This document shows, one piece after another, positions 48,926-55,043 of a DNA stretch of 64,000 bases. The stretch covers positions 30,703 to 94,702 of the forward strand of contig JAYUQG010000030.1 of assembly GCA_043756865.1 (NCBI GenBank). Direction: 5' to 3'. This DNA comes from a bacterium (lineage in GTDB: Bacteria > Patescibacteriota > Minisyncoccia > Phycocordibacterales > UBA6899). Position numbers and translations under genes: made by a program. Below the pieces are notes generated by a model, which was not told the DNA's origin, did no database searches, and saw only the letters and a program-made list of their open reading frames with translations. Numbering within the stretch: the stretch's first letter is position 1; each line of letters opens with the position of its first letter.

Positions 48926-48949
48926 TTCTCAGCTAAAAGCCCATGTTGG
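48926..48949 (+). terminator. rho-independent terminator immediately upstream of the first repeat copy
   Basis: AAAA-gcccatgttgggc-TTTTTTT. Confidence 0.7.
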
Positions 48950-48964
48950 GCTTTTTTTATGCAA

Positions 48965-49053
48965 AACTATTCGCCTATTCACCACATCACCACAGAGAGT
49001 ACTTCCATCTCTAACTCGCTTTGCTCGAAGGGGCTTAGATAGCTAGAGAATAG
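48965..49053 (+). repeat. MITE-like imperfect palindromic repeat, long form (copy 1)
   Basis: aactattcgcctattcaccaca...actcgctttgctcgaagg...agagaatag; left arm ctattcgcctattc, right arm (a)gagaatag. Confidence 0.8.
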
Positions 49054-49102
49054 AAAAAACCCCAGCGCGGTGGCTGTGGTTTCACTCGACGAAGCCTCGG
49101 GC

Positions 49103-49459
49103 TTACAACTGAAAGAACGGGGAAAGGGACGGTGGTGTGGAAACAATGGGCTTGAACTGAATAGCGGTCCACGGATCATCCTTCTCCTTCCCATGAAGGA
49201 GCAATGTGCTCTGCGCAAAGTCGAGACGCGGGTCCTCCGGATAACCAGCGGAAACGGCAACCTCAAACCATGATGGACACATCAGTGCGTCCACAAAGGA
49301 CAACGGCTGGATGTGTGTCCTCGGACCCTTAGTCGCAATCAGACTTTTGACGCCCTCGAAGGTGAGGTTCTGTTCCACGTCGTAGGCAATGCCCCTTTCG
49401 GCCGCCAACTGTGTCAGAGACTTTTCGGTATTCGCTCCCAATACAAAGATTGCAGACAT
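49103..49459 (-). CDS. hypothetical protein
   Basis: 118-aa ORF between repeat copies 1 and 2. Confidence 0.35.
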   Translation of the reverse strand: MSAIFVLGANTEKSLTQLAAERGIAYDVEQNLTFEGVKSLIATKGPRTHIQPLSFVDALMCPSWFEVAVSAGYPEDPRLDFAQSTLLLHGKEKDDPWTAIQFKPIVSTPPSLSPFFQL

Positions 49460-49572
49460 CTGTTCCTTTCAGTTAAATGAACAAGCAAACTTTAGCATGA
49501 TTATCAATTTTGTCAATATTTTATACCCTCCTTTAGTTTCTCGCTCCAAAGGACTGGTGCTTTGTAAGTGCT

Positions 49573-49762
49573 CTTCGCCTATTCACAAGAGAGTACTTCC
49601 AAATTCTAATATAAAAAACTATTCGTCTATTTGCCGCGAGGGTGCTGCAAAATTTTAGCACTCCGGGCACCACGGAGAGTATTTCCATTTTTATAAATGG
49701 ACTACCATTAAGAAAAATTAAGTCACTCGATGAAATTTTTGGTCGCGCGAGAATTAGGAATA
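49573..49762 (+). repeat. MITE-like repeat, degenerate extended copy (copy 2)
   Basis: cttcgcctattcacaagagagtacttccaa...aactattcgtctatttgccgcgagg...ggtcgcgcgagaattaggaatag; contains two left-arm units and one right arm. Confidence 0.65.
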
Positions 49763-49796
49763 GAAAAACCGGGGCATTGCCCCGGGTCGAGAAAGT

Positions 49797-50027
49797 TCAG
49801 TCGAATGCGTCGCGCAATGCCTCGGTCAGCTCCTGTAGTGACTCGTTGTCGCGGGGATGTGCGTTAGCGTGTCCCCCAACGATAAGCGAGACATCGTGGC
49901 AGGGATCGGAACCTTGGCAGATCTGTTCCTTGAGTTTGCACGAAGCTTTCGTAGAGAGGTCGATGCGGTGTTCGCGCCCCTGATCATCGACGACAACGAT
50001 TCTGAGTGTCGACATAGTTAACTCCAT
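49797..50027 (-). CDS. small hypothetical protein
   Basis: 76-aa ORF with a hairpin terminator (ccggggcaatgccccgg-TTTTT on the minus strand) at 49767..49790. Confidence 0.3.
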   Translation of the reverse strand: MELTMSTLRIVVVDDQGREHRIDLSTKASCKLKEQICQGSDPCHDVSLIVGGHANAHPRDNESLQELTEALRDAFD

Positions 50028-50078
50028 TCATTGGGGCAAAACGCCCCGAGTGAATCTAACCTGCTACTTCTTTTTTGT

Positions 50079-50198
50079 CAAAAATATTCGCCTATTTGCC
50101 AGTTACATCCTTATTCGCCTATTCACCACACAGAGTACTTCCAATCCCTAACTCGCTTTGCTCGAAGGGATTTAGGTCGCGCGCGAATTAGAGAATAG
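50079..50198 (+). repeat. MITE-like repeat, long form with duplicated left arm (copy 3)
   Basis: aaaatattcgcctatttgcc-agttacatcc-ttattcgcctattcaccacacagagtacttccaatccctaactcgctttgctcgaagggatttaggtcgcgcgcgaattagagaatag. Confidence 0.8.
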
Positions 50199-50448
50199 AC
50201 AACATGTGCCTTGCGACAGGGTGTGCTGTTTTTGAGAGGCGATAATGAATCGTGAGGCTCCGCTGGTCTTTCTCAAGCATACCGACTGCGTACAAGATAC
50301 CGAGATGTTTGGAGGTGGCCTTGAAGGAAAGCTTAATTTCCTCCGCAATATCCCCTACTGTCGCCTCACGTGACTTCTTTAAGTATTTGAGAATTGCGAG
50401 GCGGCGCGCGTTCGCTAGCGCTTTCATCTGCTTTTCGATGTCTTTCAT
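50188..50448 (-). CDS. ArsR/SmtB-family HTH transcriptional regulator
   Basis: LANARRLAILKYL...ATVGDIAEEIKLSFKATSKHLGILYAVGML is a typical ArsR winged HTH. Confidence 0.75.
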   Translation of the reverse strand: MKDIEKQMKALANARRLAILKYLKKSREATVGDIAEEIKLSFKATSKHLGILYAVGMLEKDQRSLTIHYRLSKTAHPVARHMLSIL

Positions 50449-50470
50449 TTCCCGATAATATCATCTCCAA

Positions 50471-50504
50471 AACTATTCGCCTATTCGCGCGAATTAGAGA
50501 ATAG
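50471..50504 (+). repeat. MITE-like repeat, short 34-bp form (copy 4)
   Basis: aactattcgcctattcgcgcgaattagagaatag. Confidence 0.85.
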
Positions 50505-50640
50505 AAAGTGGAGGGTATTGAGGCTTGTCTTGATTCAAATCAATACTCTCCCTCCCACTCACATCACCATTGACAAATTAATTTGTTATGGTATTTTTTT
50601 CACAGACAACCTGTTTCACTCGACCGCAAGGACCAGCAGT

Positions 50641-50961
50641 ATGAGCAACATCTCTCTTTCCCCCATCGACTTTATCGCTGCTTCATTCGCAGCAGGCAAA
50701 GAACCGGATCTCTACAACTGCGGCTGGAGTACTGAGGCGGTGTTCGAAACACTGCAGTCAGCAAAACAGATGGGCAAACCCTGGGCTGAACTCATGGCAA
50801 AGCGAATCACCGAGCTCTCAGGTGGCACCGTCCAAGTGACGATCGCCGACGGTCGCGGGCCGTACAAAAGCCCCAGCTTGGTACTCCAAGCCGTATATCC
50901 CGACAGCACCCGCATGATTGTGATCGGCGCAGGCATGAATGCCGTCCGCTTCCTCGATTGA
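50641..50961 (+). CDS. hypothetical protein
   Basis: ATG 50641 (MSNISLSPIDF...) with an AAGGAC SD, C-ending codon bias and terminator 50982..51009. Confidence 0.35.
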   Translation: MSNISLSPIDFIAASFAAGKEPDLYNCGWSTEAVFETLQSAKQMGKPWAELMAKRITELSGGTVQVTIADGRGPYKSPSLVLQAVYPDSTRMIVIGAGMNAVRFLD

Positions 50962-50981
50962 CTGCACACGAACCTACCACA

Positions 50982-51009
50982 CCCCGCTCCGGCGGGGTTT
51001 GTTTTTTAT
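50982..51009 (+). terminator. rho-independent terminator abutting repeat copy 5
   Basis: ccccgctccggcgggg-TTTGTTTTTTAT. Confidence 0.75.
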
Positions 51010-51023
51010 CTGAGAAACAACAA

Positions 51024-51116
51024 AACTATTCGCCTATTCACCACACAGAGTACTTCCAATCCCTAACTCGCTTTGCTCGAAGGGATTTAGGTCGCGCGCG
51101 AATTAGAGAATAATAG
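51024..51116 (+). repeat. MITE-like repeat, long form (copy 5)
   Basis: aactattcgcctattcaccacacagagtacttccaatccctaactcgctttgctcgaagggatttaggtcgcgcgcgaattagagaataatag. Confidence 0.85.
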
Positions 51117-51130
51117 AAAATACGAGGAAA

Positions 51131-51178
51131 TTAATTATTCATTATAATACGCCATGGCGTATTATAATGAATAATTAA
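51131..51178. repeat. 48-bp perfect palindrome (copy A of 2)
   Basis: ttaattattcattataatacgccatggcgtattataatgaataattaa is exactly self-complementary, centred on CCATGG, with two TATAAT hexamers; identical to 53925..53972. Confidence 0.9.
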
Positions 51179-51223
51179 ATACGTTTAAAAAAGCGGAAAA
51201 GGTTGTGGAGGGGTGGTTGGTCG

Positions 51224-51242
51224 GGCGCGAATTAGAGAATAG
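51224..51242 (+). repeat. MITE right-arm fragment (solo)
   Basis: ggcgcgaattagagaatag without a paired left arm. Confidence 0.6.
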
Positions 51243-51246
51243 TTTG

Positions 51247-51271
51247 AACTATCCGCAAATTCCGGATAGTT
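51247..51271. promoter_or_regulatory. perfect 9-bp inverted repeat (candidate operator) upstream of the NYN gene
   Basis: aactatccg-caaattc-cggatagtt, 100 bp upstream of ATG 51373. Confidence 0.35.
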
Positions 51272-51372
51272 GCCGACTTGGCAGTATGTGCATTACTTGC
51301 AAGGACTGAATTTCGAATTAATTTTGTTTGCTCAAACATATGATACTGCAACCCACAGGAGAACAACACGAA

Positions 51373-51900
51373 ATGATTCCTTTTGATATACTCTTATACG
51401 TGCAACCTCAGAAAAAAATACACATCTATATTGACGGCAACAACCTTTATCGAGGCGCGAAAGAGCTTGGTTTTGAAATCGACTACAAAAAATTTCGTAA
51501 TTGGCTCCGACAAAAATATAACGCAACAAATGTATATCTGTTCATCGGCCTCGTTCCCGATCGTGTAAAGTTTTACGAGCATCTACAAGAATGCGGTTTT
51601 ATTCTTGTGTTCAAGCAAACAATATCTGTCGAAGGGCGCATAAAAGGAAATTGCGACGCTGAACTTGTCTTGAAAGCAGTGTCAGATTTTTACACCAAAA
51701 CTTTTGACAAATGTATTCTCGTAACAGGAGACGGCGACTTCGGGTGCTTGGTTGAATTCTTGGCGCGCGAAAAGTCGCTTTTGGGTATTATTGCTCCTGA
51801 CAAGAAAAAATGTTCAATCTTGCTGAGAAATAAGAACGTTGAAATCACCTTTCTCAATGACCTTTATCACAAGTTTTCCACAAAAACTGATAAAGCATAA
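51373..51900 (+). CDS. NYN-domain (LabA/PIN-like) predicted ribonuclease
   Basis: Start MIPFDILLYVQPQKKIHIYIDGNNLY with an AGGAGA SD; NYN catalytic Asp residues in IDGNN, DAEL and TGDGDF. Confidence 0.7.
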   Translation: MIPFDILLYVQPQKKIHIYIDGNNLYRGAKELGFEIDYKKFRNWLRQKYNATNVYLFIGLVPDRVKFYEHLQECGFILVFKQTISVEGRIKGNCDAELVLKAVSDFYTKTFDKCILVTGDGDFGCLVEFLAREKSLLGIIAPDKKKCSILLRNKNVEITFLNDLYHKFSTKTDKA

Positions 51901-52083
51901 AAAGAAAAAGCCCCCAATGCATACGTATATGCACCAGGGTCTCTTTCATGGTTATGGGCAAATTATATCAATATTTAGCCATAACGCAAGGATCCAAAAA
52001 TCAACCAAAGTTAGGCAAAAGTATGCCATTAAATCATATCAATACCACTGTGCATTTTTTGCACATTCCTAGTTCCATTAGGA

Positions 52084-52170
52084 CTTTTCGCCTATTCCAC
52101 CACACAGAGTACTTCCAATCCCTAACTCGCTTTACTCAAAGGGATTTAGGTCGCGCGAATTAGAGAATAG
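52084..52170 (+). repeat. MITE-like repeat, long form (copy 6)
   Basis: ttttcgcctattccaccacacagagtacttccaatccctaactcgctttactcaaagggatttaggtcgcgcgaattagagaatag. Confidence 0.85.
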
Positions 52171-52360
52171 AAATGGGGGGAAGAATTTGACTACTGATTT
52201 ACTAATAAAATCGTGACTCGATTTTCGTTTTCATAACAATTCTGCATGGAAGGGCTCCATGAAATTTTGTGTCTCACCATATTAAAAAATATTAGGTATT
52301 GACAAATACAAATTTGTTTGTTATTATATATTTGTTCTTTTCTTCAAACGGAGACTCGCA

Positions 52361-52756
52361 ATGAGCTACAACGGCTACACGGTTCCCACGTACACCATAG
52401 TCACCGCCAACTTCGCAATCATGCCGGCTGACCTCCCGACCAAATTCGAGCACCTCTGGGAGGCCTTCGACGAAAGCGAGACGGAAGTCTCGGCAGCCTA
52501 CATCTTGCGCTACTGCCAAGTACAAGGCAGCTGGGCACCGTTCTCGTTCGAGCAGATCAACGCCTTCTATCAGCGGAAGCCGAAGCGTGGCAACTTCACG
52601 TTCAACCGACTGATCGAACCGGGCATGCACTACGGAATGCCCGGCGAACGTCACCTGACTGGCGGTGGCTGGATCGTGAAGAACGAGTCCGACGGCCTGT
52701 ACTACATCACAGACGACTTCATCAGCTGCGTGCATCGTTCCCTGACGAAGCGCTAG
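52361..52756 (+). CDS. hypothetical protein
   Basis: 131 aa with a GGAGA SD, extreme C-ending codon bias and terminator 52774..52804. Confidence 0.4.
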   Translation: MSYNGYTVPTYTIVTANFAIMPADLPTKFEHLWEAFDESETEVSAAYILRYCQVQGSWAPFSFEQINAFYQRKPKRGNFTFNRLIEPGMHYGMPGERHLTGGGWIVKNESDGLYYITDDFISCVHRSLTKR

Positions 52757-52773
52757 CGCATCACTTTCCCCAT

Positions 52774-52804
52774 CCCGTGCATCCGTGCACGGGGTTTGTT
52801 TTTT
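52774..52804 (+). terminator. rho-independent terminator abutting repeat copy 7
   Basis: cccgtgcatccgtgcacggg-GTTTGTTTTTT; the junction sequence is near-identical to that at 50982..51023. Confidence 0.75.
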
Positions 52805-52821
52805 ATCAAAGATCAAACAAA

Positions 52822-52854
52822 ACCATTCGCCTATTCGCGCGAATTAGAGAATAG
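52822..52854 (+). repeat. MITE-like repeat, short form (copy 7)
   Basis: accattcgcctattcgcgcgaattagagaatag. Confidence 0.85.
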
Positions 52855-52890
52855 ATAAGTGGGGAGAAATAGAGAGTAGAGAATGGAAAA

Positions 52891-53298
52891 CTAGTTCTTG
52901 GTGTAGGTGAAGGTGTGGGGGGAGGTGCCGTGGAGGGTGATTTTGTTTTCGTGGCGCAGGAGGGTGAGGAGGCGGGTGGCGGTAGTGCTCGGAAAATCAA
53001 GGTCTTCCATGACGTCTTTGTGGGTGATTGAAGACTTCGTGTCGAACAGGCTCATGATGAGGTCGGTCTTTAGCGCCATGATCTCATCGCGCTTTGCTGT
53101 CCCCTGTTTGCTCATGTCGATAAGGAAATCGTGTTTGATAGCCTCGACCTCATCATCTGTGGGTGGCGGGCAGACCTGCGAGGCTGGCTCTCGGTCGCGA
53201 TAGACTATTTTTTCCACTTCTACGATTTTTTCTACCACTCGTTCAACAACACGTTCTATTACCTGTGCCTCTGGTGTTGATGGAGTAGAACTGTGCAT
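52891..53298 (-). CDS. hypothetical protein with a C-terminal winged-helix-like region; N-terminal boundary uncertain
   Basis: The ORF track extends to 53823, but the upstream 175 codons traverse three repeat copies and an 18-bp tandem repeat. ATG at 53298 (MHSSTPSTPEAQVIERVVER...) is proposed as the start. The C-terminal ~100 aa look globular. Confidence 0.35.
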   Translation of the reverse strand: MHSSTPSTPEAQVIERVVERVVEKIVEVEKIVYRDREPASQVCPPPTDDEVEAIKHDFLIDMSKQGTAKRDEIMALKTDLIMSLFDTKSSITHKDVMEDLDFPSTTATRLLTLLRHENKITLHGTSPHTFTYTKN

Positions 53299-53301
53299 GG
53301 A

Positions 53302-53326
53302 ACCATTCGCGCGAATAGGAGAATAG
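53302..53326 (+). repeat. MITE-like repeat, truncated short form (copy 8a)
   Basis: accattcgcgcgaataggagaatag. Confidence 0.65.
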
Positions 53327-53360
53327 TTTGAGGTATCCGGGGCTTGAGTTGGTGGGGTGG

Positions 53361-53394
53361 AACTATTCGCCAATTCGCGCGAATTAGAGAATAG
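53361..53394 (+). repeat. MITE-like repeat, short form (copy 8b)
   Basis: aactattcgccaattcgcgcgaattagagaatag. Confidence 0.85.
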
Positions 53395-53427
53395 ATTTGG
53401 GGAGGGTGGGGTGGGACTAGGGCTGGA

Positions 53428-53505
53428 ACCATTCACCACAGGAGTACTTCCATTTTCATCTCCCTCCGGTCGTGAAAATTTGGTCGCGCTCTCATTAGGG
53501 AATAG
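53428..53505 (+). repeat. MITE-like repeat, degenerate long form (copy 8c)
   Basis: accattcaccacaggagtacttccattttcatc...ggtcgcgctctcattagggaatag. Confidence 0.6.
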
Positions 53506-53630
53506 ATCGGAGGGGTCGATGATGGGAAGGTTGGAGACGGAGGTGGGTTCAGTTACCACAGGTATCGCCCCTGTTGCATCTAGCACGGGCAGTTGTGAAA
53601 CGGTGGACTCCCCCACGCCTTCCTGACTTA

Positions 53631-53684
53631 CATGGCTTTCAGGAGTTGCATGACTTTCAGGAGTGGCATGACTCTCCAGACTCC
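53631..53684. repeat. 3 x 18-bp tandem direct repeat
   Basis: catggctttcaggagttg / catgactttcaggagtgg / catgactctccagactcc; encodes ESHATP x3 if the minus-strand ORF is translated. Confidence 0.7.
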
Positions 53685-53865
53685 CAGCTGGTGCCACAGG
53701 CACCACCTCAATCTCAATGGGTATCACCTCGATTGTCTCGGGTGTCATGGGCGTGTCGAGTGTCGCAAGCGTCGCAGTTGTCGCTGGCGGTACCCCATTA
53801 GCATTGGTATTGGTCTCATCCATAACGACATTGTATCAAAAAAAATTCGTTGTAACCCCACATAA

Positions 53866-53899
53866 AACTATTCGCCTATTCGCGCGAATTAGAGAATAG
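53866..53899 (+). repeat. MITE-like repeat, short form (copy 9)
   Basis: aactattcgcctattcgcgcgaattagagaatag. Confidence 0.85.
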
Positions 53900-53924
53900 A
53901 AAGGTGGTAAAAAAACGAGGGAAA

Positions 53925-53972
53925 TTAATTATTCATTATAATACGCCATGGCGTATTATAATGAATAATTAA
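53925..53972. repeat. 48-bp perfect palindrome (copy B of 2)
   Basis: Identical to 51131..51178, again preceded by aaa(a)acgagg(g)aaa following a MITE copy. Confidence 0.9.
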
Positions 53973-54098
53973 TTTAACTACTTTTGTGAGGGTATGTGCG
54001 GTAAATCCAACAAATAACAAAGATTATATCAAAAAAAATCACCACACTTTTCTGCAAAAAACTGTACTTATCCCCGATTCTTATCCCCGAATCCGGTT

Positions 54099-54953
54099 TT
54101 ATTCTTCTTTTCGAACCACTTGATCAAGGGTTTTGCCATCAGATTCCCTTTTCCACTCAGTCCATCCATTTGCATTCCTACCGAGTACATTCTGTGCTGC
54201 GCCTGAGGGACTACTGAATACATAGTCACTCACAAATACATAAGACTCAGGTCCGTCGTCGCGCAACACGCCGTCTTCCATGAGTATTGGACGTAGTTTG
54301 AGATAGCGCTCCTTGGCGCTATCAACAATTTCTTTTCTTGCTCTTGAGCCCGCACGCACAACCATTCCTTCACTGGTGTAGAGTCCCCTCGCCTCTGCTC
54401 CAGGGCCACGGCAAATATATATTTCTTCAGGATTCTTCTCAAAATCTGTAACCTTTTTTAGAAACGTCCATCCGATCGTTGCTAGGATAAGTTTTATGTA
54501 TTCCGCGAAAGTCTCCACGTCTGCACGATCCGACTCGTTCAGCCTTGTTTGACTAGGCTCATTGCCATTTTCAAGACGGACGCGGTTTGCTTCCTTTGTT
54601 TCTCTAATGAGTAGCTCTTCGAGATATTTTGCGTGCGCTTTATTTAGAGAGCCCTGTGTGGAGACAAAACACACTGCGGTACCCCAAAAGTCTTTATTTT
54701 TGTTGTGGCTCCTGATCCGTTCTTTTACGTTCTCACTTTCACCGATATACAGTGAGCCGGTTTCCTGCCCTATATCATTTTCAAGTAGAAAGTAGACTCC
54801 TTGTGCATCTAAGTCAACACGTTGCATCGCCAAATCGATACTATCGCGAGGAATGACGATGGCACGCCCTGTCCAGTTCATGGTTTCAATAGTACGCAGC
54901 CCTGTAGGATTCCCCTCCGCGAGAAAAACCTTGATAGTTGGTCGTGTCTCCAT
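54099..54953 (-). CDS. GIY-YIG nuclease domain protein with C-terminal DUF4357
   Basis: GIY-YIG motif GVYFLLENDIGQETGSLYIGESENVKERIRSHN; the C-terminal ~100 aa match the DUF4357 pattern typical of RM-associated genes. Confidence 0.7.
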   Translation of the reverse strand: METRPTIKVFLAEGNPTGLRTIETMNWTGRAIVIPRDSIDLAMQRVDLDAQGVYFLLENDIGQETGSLYIGESENVKERIRSHNKNKDFWGTAVCFVSTQGSLNKAHAKYLEELLIRETKEANRVRLENGNEPSQTRLNESDRADVETFAEYIKLILATIGWTFLKKVTDFEKNPEEIYICRGPGAEARGLYTSEGMVVRAGSRARKEIVDSAKERYLKLRPILMEDGVLRDDGPESYVFVSDYVFSSPSGAAQNVLGRNANGWTEWKRESDGKTLDQVVRKEE

Positions 54954-55043
54954 CTCTCGATTAGATCACGCGTGGATATTTGACACAAGTCTAATTTCCC
55001 ATGAAATGCTTCAATTCCCTATTTTTTCTACACTTTGATTGAA

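Noticed and set aside
48926-53972. Possible CRISPR array suggested by many regularly recurring repeats
   Set aside because: Repeat spacing is irregular (about 300-1000 bp) and the intervening segments are protein-coding cassettes with their own SDs and terminators. The repeats are imperfect palindromes of two size classes (34 and ~90 bp). No cas genes are present. This is inconsistent with CRISPR.
48926-53972. Integron cassette array with attC sites
   Set aside because: Cassette-like organisation is present, but the repeat lacks the canonical attC R''/R' cores (RYYYAAC...GTTRRRY). Cassette ORFs are on both strands while all repeats share one orientation. No intI integrase or attI is in the window. 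It is kept only as an analogy in the repeat finding.
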